Positions 41,344 to 53,245 of a stretch of DNA of 64,000 bases are shown here, one piece after another. The DNA is from Eledone cirrhosa (lineage: Eukaryota). Positions within the stretch are counted from its first letter, which is position 1; each line of letters opens with the position of its first letter. The stretch is from contig OZ024740.1 of assembly GCA_964016885.1 (NCBI GenBank), forward strand, positions 120,776,001 through 120,840,000, written 5' to 3'. The translations under genes and the position numbers were made by a program. The notes under the pieces are model-generated. The model was not told where the DNA came from. It searched no databases and saw nothing but the letters and a program-made list of their open reading frames with translations.

Positions 41344-42445
41344 GCATTTTCTGACGCTGGCACTGCCCTGGGTTTGACTGTCAGTCTCAAGAAAACCGTC
41401 GTCATGTACCAACCTGCCCCTAGTAAGCAGTACGCTGAACCAAACATCTATGTGCATGGCAAACAACTTGGAGTGGTTGATCAGTTTGTCTACCTGGGAA
41501 GCACTGTCAATCGATACGGCAACCTTGACAGTGAAATCTCACTTAGGATTAGGAAAGCAAGTGATGCTTTCGGAAAGTTAGAAAGGCGACTCTGGGGTCG
41601 GCGAGACATATACAGGAGGACAAAGGTAAAGGTGTACAGGGCATGTGTACTCTCTTGTCTTCTTTATGCCTGCGAGACCTGGGTCACCTATCGACGCCAC
41701 CTTAAGCAATTGGAGCGTTTCCATCAGATGTGTCTCAGACGGATCCATGGCGTTCACTGGAGGGACCACATCAGTGATGTCGACATTTTGGAAAGCTCTA
41801 TGTGTGACAGTATAGAAGCTCTTGTGCTTAAGCAACGACACCGTTGGAGTGGTCACCTTGCCAGGATGAAGGATTCTAGAATACCAAAACAACTCTTCTA
41901 TGGAGAGTTGGTTAAAAAAGAGGTATAAGGATTCCTTGAAAGCCTCTCTGAAAGACGCTAACATCACTGCTGATACATGGGAAAATATTGCTGCTGATCG
42001 TAATAAATGGAGAAAGACTGTATATGAGGGAAAAGTTGCCTTTGAGGCATCTCGAATCGCACACGAGAAAGTAAAGCGGGATGTGAGGAAGGGCATTGCT
42101 GTTGCACTTCCAGACGGCGAGGGTCCTCCTATGGTGCTGACATGCAGCGTCTGTGCGAGACTCTGCCTAAGCAAAGCTGGACTCGAAAGTCATCTTCGCA
42201 GTCATAAAGTAAGACCAGTGGTTGACTACCAAGCTGCTGTTGGAGATGCTACTCATCATGCTTGCCAAACATGTGGTAGAGAATGTAAATCAGCAGGAGG
42301 GCTCAAGCGACATGCAAAAGTACACGAACTCCAACCACAGCCGACTATTCCCAGTGAATGTTTTGGTTGCCGACTCTGTGCAAGACATTTTAGATCATTG
42401 GCTGGGCTAAAAAGCCACATTCGATGGCAGCACTGTTAGTTGCTA
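41344..42445 (+). mobile_element. RTE-clade LINE 3' half with three C-terminal C2H2 zinc fingers; internal deletion near 41915
   Basis: GLTVSLKKT, FVYLGS, LLYACETW, RWSGHLARM..RIPKQLFYGEL, RYKDSLK; fingers CSVC..HLRSH, CQTC..HAKVH, CRLC..HIRWQH. Confidence 0.88.
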
Positions 42446-42568
42446 TCGTGTGTGTGTGTGTGTGTAGATATGCTTATGTGCGTGCGTGTGTGTGTATATA
42501 TGAATATGTATATTATTATTGTTGTTGTCGTTATTATTATTATTGCTATTATTATTATTGTTGTTATT

Positions 42569-45500
42569 CCTTGAATCTCAGTCATTGATGTTGGTTAACT
42601 GGAAAGTCCGTTGGATTGAATATCAAGCCACTACCTGCAGCCTCAGATATTCAGGACGTATCGGAGGGTTCTTGCTGTTCCAAGCAAGCATGCCTTTTGA
42701 AGCGTTCCAAAAAGCGTGAAGGGGCCGATTTTCTTTAACCATCACTGGAAACATTTGGAGATAGTCCCCAGTGTGCCTATGACAATCGGGATCACTTTGA
42801 CTTCATGGCAGTTCCAAATCCTTTTCACCTCCCACTTTAGGTCCTGGTATCGGTTAATTTTCTCCCTCTCCTTCTCTTGCACTCTCGTGTCGAACGGGCA
42901 GGCCACATCCACAATCAGACACGATCTTTTTTCTTTGTCCACAACCACCAGGTCAGGTCTATTGTGTTCCAGTTTTTTGTCCGTCTGTATCCTAAAATCC
43001 CACAGCACCTTCACCTGATTGTTCTCCATCACCGCCTCTGGCCTATGCTCATACCATTTCTCAGAATGTGGTAAATTGTTTACTTTGCACAGGTGCCAGT
43101 GGATCACCCTGCCCATCACATCGTGTCTCCAGCCCTTATAGTGGGTCTGGGCTAGGTGTTTACACTCGGACACAATGTGAGCCACAGTCTCCTCTCTCTC
43201 TCCACAGATCCTGCACAGTGGGCTAGCCTCCTCCTTGTAGATATGGTGCTTCAACCACTTCGTTTTGAGGGCCTGCTCCTGCGCAGCCATTAGCATTCCT
43301 TCTGTAGCCTTTTTGAGGTCTCCTCTTCTCAACCAGTTCCATGTCTGTGGATCTCTAAATTCAGTTTTCTCAAAGAAGGTACTATGAAGGGATTTTCCCT
43401 TAAGGCTGCTCTTCCTCCTTGATGTTATTTCCGCCTTGGACATCCCCTGGCCTACTGTCCCCTCCTTCAGTACAGTTCTGAGCATTGGCTCCTTACTATA
43501 GGTCACGTATTTGTATAGGTTGTTTTTCTCCATCTGAACACAGTCCTCTATGCTGATAAGACCTCTTCCACCCTCAGATCTCCTTAGGTAGAGTCTATCG
43601 ACATCACTCCTCTTGTGGAACATGTTGTAGATAGTCAATAGCTTCCTAGTCTTCCTATCCATTTCTTTTTGTTCAGCAACATTCCATCTCAGAATTCCCG
43701 CACTGTACCTAATAATAGACACAGCTCGGGAATTTACTGCGCTTATGGCATTTCTGCTGTTCATATGTGACTTCAATACGCTCCTTACTCTCCGAATGTA
43801 TTCAGTTCTTAACAATTCCTTCATTTTTTTGTTCTTTATGCCATCAGCCTCCAGAACGCCCAAATACTTGTATCCTTCCTCAGAGTCAATTTCCTTTATC
43901 ATCTCACCTCTTGGTATCTGGATCCCGTTACTTCTGCTCAACCTACCCCTCTTCATCACAATGACTCCACATTTACCAATACCAAACTGCATACATATAT
44001 CACTGCTGAAAATACGGACAGTGTCAACAAGCACATCCAACTCCTTCTCACTCTTCCCGAAGAGCTTAAGATCGTCCATGAAGAGGAGGTGATTGATGGT
44101 AAGCTCTCCCCTTCCCAACTTGTATCCTGCTCTCACTTTTCGCAGCATAATGGTCAAGGGCATCAGGGCAAGGACAAACAACAGAGGGGACAGGCTATCT
44201 CCCTGGAAGATACCTCTCTTGATCTTCACGCTTCCCAAGGATACTCCAGTTGATGTCAACTCTGTCTCCCAGGACCCCATACTCCTGCCTAGCAACTGTC
44301 TGATGTTATCTGCCACCCTGAAGATCTCCAGGCTTTTGGTGATCCAGGAATGAGGCACCATGTCAAATGCCTTTCTGTAGTCTATCCATCCCATGGCAAG
44401 ATCAGTGTGTCTCCTCCTGCAATTCCCCATTACCATCTTATCAATAAGTAACTGGTCCTTTGTACCACGTGACTTCTTTCGGCATCCTTTCTGTTCGTCC
44501 GGTAACAAGTTGTTTGTGTGGAGGTGATGGTAGATTTCCTCAGACACAATGCTCGTCAACAGTTTCCACATTACGGACAGACATGTGATAGGTCTATAGT
44601 TGGTAACATCATTACCCTTGATTCGGTCTTTCATTATCAGAACTGTGGTACCTTTTGTCAACCACTCTGGCACCTCACCCGACACCAAGCAGTCATTGAA
44701 CATGGCCGTCAGCTTCGGGTGGAGGGATGTTAAATGTTTAATCCAATACCCCTGCACACCATCTGGGCCTGGTGATTTCCAGTTGGTTAGTTTTTTGGCC
44801 TGCCCCTTAAGAGTTTCAACTGTGATACTCAAATCAGTTTGTTGTTGTGCCTGCTCACCGATCTCCCTCTGTACTGTCTCAATCCACCCTGCCTGGGCAT
44901 TGTGTCTAACATCCTGCTCCCATATTCCTCTCCAGAATGTTTTAGTTTGCTCCGCCCCAGGGATCAAGTCGTTGCCTCTTTCTTTCCCCTCAAGCTGTCC
45001 AAACAGCATCTTCTGGTTGTTGTCGAACATGCGGTTCTGTTTATACTGACTGACTCTGTTCTCGTATCGCCTGATTTTTGCACTCTTTGCTACAATGCGT
45101 TGCTTCAGTTCCTCTATGATAATATTTAGCTTTTTCCTCCTAGTTTTGTATTTTATTTCCAGCCTATTTTTAGTGCCTATGTTTTTTAGTGTCCCATTCA
45201 GTAGTGACTCAAGCTTTCCTATGTCATTTCTCATTTCCCCGATTTGCCCACTCAGTCGCTTCTTCCACCACGGCTCTGCTCTTTCTTGTCTGTTGTTTCC
45301 TCTCGCTTTTATACCAAGTAGTTTCCTCACCGTATTTGCTGTTGCTTTGAGGATATTGTTGCACTGGTGAAGGCTCCTCGCCTCAAGGTATGGGATGACT
45401 TTGTTTACCTTAGCTGTTGTTTCTTTTAACTTTTTCCTGTCTACAAATCTTAGGTTCATAGGTCTCCCACTCTCATTGTTCAATTCATCTACCACTAAAT

Positions 45501-46625
45501 TTAGGATGTCAACCGAATCTTGTCCTAGCCCGTCAGCATTCATCTCTTCAGTGGCCGTATCTCTGTTCCAGGTATTATTTATCTCAGTATTCAGATCATT
45601 GTCTGCTTCGGGTGGTTCCTCCGTTCTCAGGACCTCTTCACCTTCATTTCCCACTGGCTCGCTTGTCTGGCATACTACACCCGCCATCTCCAAGCCATTC
45701 TCTCTGCTCAGTTCCTCCAGTTCCAGCTCGCTTATCCATCCATTAGTTCTTATTACCCGAGCCTGCGCGGCCAATTTTTGTTCATCTAATTTAAATAAAC
45801 CAATCTCGTTCCAGATGTTATGCATCCGTCTCCTGTAGCCCCTCTCCTTGGGGTTACTTTTCAGGTAACATTGCATAACAGTTCTATTCAATTCTTTCGT
45901 CCAGTTGGTTCTGGCCCCTTTCCTTCTTCTCCTTCCTCCAACATCAGCAGTATTTGGTTGACAGTCAGGTTCCTGCTGCTGAGCCAGGGGGCACCTGTTG
46001 GGTGAGAGTCTGTCACATGACGTTCTAGTCTCCATTTCACCGTTATTCGAACTGTTTATGTTCGATATTTAAACACTCTTATCGAGGATTGGCGAATGTA
46101 TGGTTACATATCCATCTGTGGATCCGCCATTCCACTTGGCCCTTGTGTGGCATTATCACCACGCTGTATACGAACACACATAAACAAACAAACACACAGG
46201 CAGAAAGGGCCCCACAAATGAATAAGCATAAGTTTCATTGTAATGTAGTGTTCGAATGTCTGACTTAGTTTTTGTTTTTTAAGTTTTAGTTTTTCCCCCC
46301 TCTTCTCTGTCCGTCCGCCTGCTTCTCTCTTCATTCTTATTTTCTTTACGTTTTTGGGGTTTCTTTTTTTGTTTTTGTTTTTCTCTGTTTGTTTTTCTCG
46401 TTTTTGCTGTTGTTGCTGTGCTGCTTTGGTTTTGTTGTTTGTTTTTTCTTTTTTCTTTTGAGTCTATCTATATATTTTGATGCCTTCCTCTTTGTTAGTA
46501 GTAGGGATTCTATAATGTGGAAGTAGCAGCCAGCAGGGAGAAGTGGGAGACTGGCGGCGGTAGCGATACTGAGATAGTGGTGGTTGTGATGTCGATACCG
46601 AGGCAGTGGTGGCGGTGATGTGACC

Positions 46626-46626
<1 letters not shown>
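42569..46626 (-). mobile_element. Near-intact R4/Dong-type RLE non-LTR retrotransposon between (TTA)n tracts (5' limit uncertain)
   Basis: Single long ORF with RT, CCHC and PD-(D/E)xK nuclease; TTA repeats at ~42510-42567 and 46627-46690, consistent with the known TAA-repeat preference of Dong. Confidence 0.88.
42643..46035 (-). CDS. R4/Dong ORF: RT + restriction-like endonuclease; premature TGA at 42742-42744 removes the last 33 codons
   Basis: 1097 aa open. The paralog at 10532-10837 has GGA at the stop position and continues GWLKKIG...LRYVLNI; the same tail is present in frame to 42643. Confidence 0.9.
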
Positions 46627-46687
<61 letters not shown>

Positions 46688-46846
46688 GCTATTAATGTAT
46701 GTGTGTGTATATGTGTGTGTGTATGTGTATGTATGTGTGTATGTATATATGTATGTATGTATATATATATATATATATTTCTTTTTTTTATTTTTTTTAA
46801 AATTTATTTATTATTATTATTATTTTTTTTTTTTCTTCTCGTGCAA

Positions 46847-46970
46847 TGGCCATACTCGATAACGAGGGGGCAGCCATCATGTATGTATGTATGTATGTAT
46901 GTATGTATGTATGTATGTATGTATGTATGTATGTATGTATGTATGTATGCATGTATGTATGTACGTATGC
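46847..46970 (+). mobile_element. Minimal 3' stub of the RTE family (hairpin + (ATGT)n tail)
   Basis: tggccatactcgataacgagggggcagccatc + (ATGT)n matches 41234-41343. Confidence 0.7.
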
Positions 46971-48088
46971 ATATGTGTGTATGTTCGTCACCATTGTGTG
47001 TGTATGTTCATCACCATTGCTTCATTTTGTTATCATTTCTGTTGAAGTTGTTCTTGTAACTGTTATCAAAGTTGACATCCTTATGTTTATTTTCTTTGAT
47101 TTCTTTCATTTTTTTTATCTCCCTAGGGAATTCGTTGACAAACTTCTTTTATTTATTTTCTTCGTTTTCTTCATTCAAATGCATTCACACTGGCTGTCTA
47201 AGAGAGGTACAAATATGACTTATAAAACTTACCAAACTAAAAAACTGAAGGGGCTTCCAGCGCCCCCAAATGCTTCAAACGGCCCCCCTAACGCCGCCTT
47301 GCTCCGAACTCCCCCTCCACCGGAGGGGGAGGGCAATGACCCCCGTTGAGAACCTTTGCTTTAGACAAATACACATTTAATGTAGTTCTCAGAGGGATTC
47401 AACGTAACATATGTGGCTACACTGGATTTTGAAATGCAGGTTCAACTCATTTATTTCCCTACTATATACAAATTCCTTTGTCAGATCCACGTAAAATCTA
47501 TTTTTAAGAAAACGGTGTTTCCAACATTTTGATAACTTGGTTAAGCAACAGAACTTTTAAAGTTTTGGGCAAATGTATACTAAATTGACTGTGCAGCTGA
47601 AAGGAATTGTTTGTGTCAGGAATAATTTAGTTGGATTCTTTTTAAGGTAGCTTAGGAAACCTGGCTGTGTTCTCCGTCTCCAGATTGAAACCTCCAGATA
47701 TTCTTCTTTTTGAGGTAATGTGTATAATCAACATGACTCAAACTAGAAATATTTTTACACTAATGAAGGCGATTATATTCACATATGATAAGACATAACG
47801 TTGAATCATTTCAAAGGTCATGTATTGTCTGGAATAAAAAAAAGAAAATGCTTAGATATAGAAGGATATAATTTTGAGCGTTTTTTTTTTAAATTTTGAA
47901 CACTAAATATGTTCTCTTTCTATCGCTACAGATAGGTGCACCCCCACACCTGCTTACAAACATACACATGCACAGATCCCTTTACCACTTTATCGTCTCT
48001 ATTTGGCTCTTTATCTCCATGCATACATACATGCATACATAAATATGCAGCTACTTGTAAATATATGTATGTGTACGAATATATACAG

Positions 48089-48119
<31 letters not shown>

Positions 48120-48380
48120 TGGCGGAGTAGAGCTAAAAATACTGGTTGCCAGGAGATGAAGGGGGGGGGGGGCACCTACATATAGAATGCTATCATTTAA
48201 TTTCTATAATGAATAAGTAACATTTTCAAAAAATGCACAAGAGGAAACAAAACATTGCACTCAAATTTTTGCGGAAAAAATATCTTACCATCTCCAATAA
48301 AAAATATCATGTATTCTGCGAAATCCAGAGACTTTCAATAACGACCAGATGACGACCCTAAATATGACTAATAGCTCTAG

Positions 48381-48768
48381 GAAAGCCATGAACGACAACA
48401 CATATTTTTAGCTTTGATTTTGAAAGTAGGTCTATAATTATCAATTTTGATTATACTTTTGTAGCTGTCTCGGTAGCCTAGTTGGAGGAAACATAGAGGG
48501 TGGTGATCCTGCTCTGACGTTCGATCCTGGTCGGGTGTAGGGTTCCTGGTAAAACTTTCCAGTTTTTTCTGTTGGTTCTAAAATAAAAACTGAAAAAGTT
48601 TACATGTTCCTCTTGACCAGGATTGAACCCAAGGCCAGGATCTCCACCATATCTAAAACCTACCGCTAGGCCACAGAGTCAACTACGAAAGTCTTATGAA
48701 AATTCATACTTATAAACCTACTTTCTAAATGTTCAAAATAAAGTGTTATGTTGTCGTTCATGACTTTC
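48381..48768. mobile_element. Diverged palindromic (MITE-like) element with a tRNA-like unit in each arm
   Basis: Ends gaaagccatgaacgacaaca / tgttgtcgttcatgactttc. The left arm has an A-box-like (GGTAGCCTAGTTGG) and a B-box-like (GTTCGATCC) motif, mirrored on the right. Confidence 0.65.
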
Positions 48769-48997
48769 TTAATGTTATTGCTCCTACATAAGGTCATCTT
48801 CTAAATCATTTTTGGTGTTCAATAAACTACATCATTTCTGTTGCACATCAACCCCTCCCCCCCCTCTCGCGTTCTCTCTGTGATGTTTGAATCTACTAGG
48901 ATTTGGTCTTAATTTATTCACATATATACCTTTTTGCATGTCAGATTCAAATTTACAATGTTTGGCATTATATATATATGTATATATATATGTATAT

Positions 48998-49137
<140 letters not shown>

Positions 49138-49325
49138 TTATTGAAATAACAGATTAAAGTTTAAGCAAAGAATCGGTGCGTTCACCCTTAAGGGGATCTT
49201 CTGAAAATCAGATTTGCTTAAACTTTAATCTGTTATTTTAATAAATATTGGCTCTATTGTTTTATATATTTTGATATATATATTATCCTTATCGAGCCCA
49301 CCTCAGATTTTAGTCTATATTCTTA
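49138..49325. mobile_element. Solo Naiad pLTR terminus with inverted duplication
   Basis: Same family as 25592-25830. Confidence 0.75.
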
Positions 49326-49455
49326 TATATATGTATATATATATATATATATATGAATATAGACATAGAATATTCGAAAATATTCTGTATGTTTATAATA
49401 AACATTTTGAAGACCTAATCGCTATAGAATAGAATACGTCACGTATTACAATTAG

Positions 49456-49544
49456 ATTCTCGATAAAAGCAAGGGAAGTAATCTACGCGTTTCATTCTTG
49501 TTAGAAATCATCAGGACTACATATCCAGTGCTTTTATCGAGAAT
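49456..49544 (-). ncRNA. Minimal type-I hammerhead ribozyme (unit 1)
   Basis: gtagtc CTGATGA t-ttct-aaca-agaa-t GAAA cgcg TA gattac; 16-bp distal stem I. Confidence 0.85.
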
Positions 49545-49765
49545 GACACAGCTAGAGACTTATAGAATACTTAGCTGTGTACAGGAACTGGTTAGAAAGA
49601 GCGGTTGCCGGTCCGGCAGAAATTAGAAATTGGAATAAATGCTCTGAAATAGCGATATATATGTGAATATAGACATAGAATATTCGAAAATATTCTGTAT
49701 GTTTATAATAAACATTTTGAAGACCTAATCGCTATAGAATAGAATACGTCACGTATTACAATTAG

Positions 49766-49854
49766 ATTCTCGATAAAAGCAAGGGAAGTAATCTACGCGT
49801 TTCATTCTTGTTAGAAATCATCAGGACTACATATCCAGTGCTTTTATCGAGAAT
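49766..49854 (-). ncRNA. Minimal type-I hammerhead ribozyme (unit 2)
   Basis: Identical fold 310 bp from unit 1. Confidence 0.85.
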
Positions 49855-50165
49855 GACACAGCTAGAGACTTATAGAATACTTAGCTGTGTACAGGAACTG
49901 GTTTGAAAGAGCGGTTGCCGGTCCGGCAGAAATTAGAAATTGGAATAATTGTAATACGTGACGTATTCTATTCTATAGCGATTAGGTCTTCAAAATGTTT
50001 ATTATAAACATACAGAATATTTTCGAATATTCTATGTCTATATTCACATATATATCGCTATTTCAGAGCATTTATTCCAATTTCTAATTTCTGCCGGACC
50101 GGCAACCGCTCTTTCAAACCAGTTCCTGTACACAGCTAAGTATTCTATAAGTCTCTAGCTGTGTC

Positions 50166-50254
50166 ATTCTCGATAAAAGCACTGGATATGTAGTCCTGAT
50201 GATTTCTAACAAGAATGAAACGCGTAGATTACTTCCCTTGCTTTTATCGAGAAT
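50166..50254 (+). ncRNA. Minimal type-I hammerhead ribozyme (inverted unit)
   Basis: CTGATGA at 50196-50202, GAAA at 50217-50220, ACGCGT palindrome, predicted cleavage after GTA (50226). Confidence 0.85.
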
Positions 50255-50385
50255 CTAATTGTAATACGTGACGTATTCTATTCTATAGCGATTAGGTCTT
50301 CAAAATGTTTATTATAAACATACAGAATATTTTCGAATATTTTATGTCTATATTCACATATATATCGCTATTTCAGAGCATTTAT

Positions 50386-50427
<42 letters not shown>

Positions 50428-50487
50428 TATATATATATAAAAGTGAAGAATAACATGGTCAACAGTACAAAAAAGGAGATTTATTTA

Positions 50488-50596
50488 CAGTCTAACAATT
50501 GCTTCCATGATAGAGTTGTCTAGAAATTGCTAAACACCGAAGTCAGCATAACTCAATTTAAAATACATGCAACCTCTATCATTTCATCAGAAACTG
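50488..50596 (-). ncRNA. Type-I hammerhead fold with long stem II, A15.1G variant
   Basis: cagttt CTGATGA a-atgatagag...ctctatcat-g GAAG caattg TT agactg. Confidence 0.6.
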
Positions 50597-50610
50597 ATAA
50601 GAAATACAAA

Positions 50611-50687
<77 letters not shown>

Positions 50688-51003
50688 AGAATACTAGGTA
50701 AATATTCTGTGACTGTGGATCGCGGATAAAATAGCTATCATATATTTATCTATCGTTCCTTCATATGCATTTTAAACTTATAACCTCATTTAATTGATTT
50801 TTATGAGGTTGATTATGCTGATTGGGAGGAGAAATAGTGTATATATTTTATCAAATGATTCTATGGACTTACTTTCCAATATATTGCTCTGATTGTTGAT
50901 GATTTAATTAATTAATTCGTCATTGAGCCACACCGCGAATGGTTGCCAGAAACATATATATATATATATATGGCTCTGTCTAGTTTATGTATATGTAAAC
51001 CTC

Positions 51004-51081
<78 letters not shown>

Positions 51082-51104
51082 GTGTATATATGTATTAAAA
51101 TATG

Positions 51105-51306
51105 ATAGGTTAAAGTTTAAGCAATGAATCGGTGCTTTCACCCTTGCAACAGATGATCCCGTTAAGGGTGAAAGCAGCGATTTTTTGTTTAAACTTTAAT
51201 GTGTTATTCTAATAAATATTTGCTCTAGGTTTCTCATATATTTGATATCTATCTATCCTCATCGAGCCCTCTTTGGATTTTACTCTTCATATTTATTATT
51301 ATTACT
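51105..51306 (+). mobile_element. Solo Naiad pLTR terminus with inverted duplication
   Basis: cagatgatcccgttaagggtgaaagcagcg at ~51150, AATAAA, ends in (TA)n. Confidence 0.75.
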
Positions 51307-51311
51307 ATATG

Positions 51312-51409
<98 letters not shown>

Positions 51410-51663
51410 GAGTTGAGTTTTATTGTAGTACAATATAGCAATGCAGGTAGCGGATAAGTACCACTCTACAGTTTATAGGACTGGAGTATAAATAATATAA
51501 GATCAAAAGATGGTTAAAAGAGTTCCATGTATTTTATTATGCGCATTTCAAAAACAAATTTCATCATGAAATGACATTTGCGTTTTCGTCAGATAAAATA
51601 GGGATACATGATATGAAGGTTAAAAAACACTTGTGAATAGTGAAGTTTCAAATCAATATATGT

Positions 51664-51752
<89 letters not shown>

Positions 51753-52125
51753 TATATATATATATATATATGCTTGTTTGTCTGTGTCTGTATATGTATG
51801 TTTGCATGCATAAATGAATACACTAAGCTTTTGAGTTAGTTGAGGGTATGACCACTGATTTCAGCTATTTGCACTATCGTACATTTTCGTTTCTAGCAAT
51901 TCACTGGGGAATTGGTTGACCAAATGCTTTGCTTAATTGTTTTATTTGTTGTTTAAAGCATTTATTCTTTCTGTTAGATTTCAGATTTATTTTTTAAGCG
52001 AAGCATTGGCCCCTACTATGCTACAGCGGGACCTGCAATGCTCTGTTGGCTCTTGCAATGCCACCGTGGGCCCTCTGTGGCCCATTTGCCATTGGGTAAC
52101 CTGACAACCTGGCCAGTCCGCCACT

Positions 52126-52207
<82 letters not shown>

Positions 52208-52445
52208 GTGGAGGCGCGTGGCCTACTAGTGGTAAAGGTGTTGCGTGTTGTGTTCATGAGCAAAACCCTCCATTTCCCGTTGCTCCAGTATATTCAGCTG
52301 AAAATGAGTACAAACAATAGCTGGGGTTTTAACCCTGCGATGGACTGGCGTCTTGCCCATGGTGGGATTCTTGTACTCTCAGTCGCTTCTTGCCATGTTA
52401 CCGATTAGAACCATCCAAATGAGCTTTTTGGCATAAGTCAGGCTT
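52208..52445 (+). mobile_element. tRNA-derived SINE of a second family (internally deleted)
   Basis: A-box-like gtggcctactagtggt; block aaccctgcgatggactggcgtc resembling a conserved metazoan SINE domain (recalled). Confidence 0.6.
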
Positions 52446-52482
52446 TAGATATGCATATATATGTATATATACACATACACAT

Positions 52483-52642
<160 letters not shown>

Positions 52643-52749
52643 GTGTGTGTGTGTGTGTGTCTGTGTATGTATGTATATGTATATATAGATATACAATTAG
52701 AATAGAATTAGAATTTAACTCTATACAAAAACGCATTTTTATCTCATCT

Positions 52750-53245
52750 TTCTAAAGAAATACGGTACGTTTATAAATAAATATTTAGAAAGCCATACGC
52801 TATGATTAACACTGACAGCTAGCGCCACCAAGCAATGTTCAGCAGAAGCAAGGGGCACAATTGCTGATATATTTCTAACTCGACTGTTTCTTGTTAGGAC
52901 GATCCCATAGTTAGGACTATGAAAACAGGCGAACAAATATAGTTTTTTCGTCTAATTCTATTCTATGTTAAGTTGAGCCAACTTATACAGCTTCATATGT
53001 AAATTAGATTAATCACCTCATTTACACAGTCGAAAAAACTATATATTTTTGCCTATTTTCAAAGTGTGGCAGTTGCAAGAGCGGGAGGGATCTTTCTGAC
53101 GAGAAACAGTTTAGTTCGAAATGCATCGACGATTGTCCCCCTTCCTTCTGAAGAACGCCACTTGGTGGCGTTAGCTCCCAATGTTGTTCATAGCTATGGT
53201 TTTCTAAATGTTTATTGATTAACATACCGTATTTCTTAAGAAATA
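52750..53245. mobile_element. Old foldback element (arms ~52750-52950 / 53030-53245) with a hammerhead in each arm
   Basis: Diverged reverse-complement arms, e.g. aagaaatacggta / taccgtatttctt. Confidence 0.7.
53089..53134 (+). ncRNA. Minimal type-I hammerhead ribozyme fold
   Basis: gatcttt CTGACGA gaa-acagtttag-ttc GAAA tgca TC gacgatt; the opposite arm supplies gatcgtc, restoring stem I. Confidence 0.68.

Larger units (their letters stand above)
49354..50390. mobile_element. Retrozyme-like 310-bp tandem array followed by its inverted copy
   Basis: Units start at 49354 and 49664; inversion junction at 49946-49948; inverted array runs to 50390; near-identical units; (AT)n flanks. Confidence 0.88.

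Noticed and set aside
42742-42744. In-frame TGA in the Dong ORF (and at 12198 in Tx1 ORF1) as recoding sites
   Set aside because: The Dong paralog has GGA, and the Tx1 case fits CGA-to-TGA deamination; both are simple nonsense mutations.
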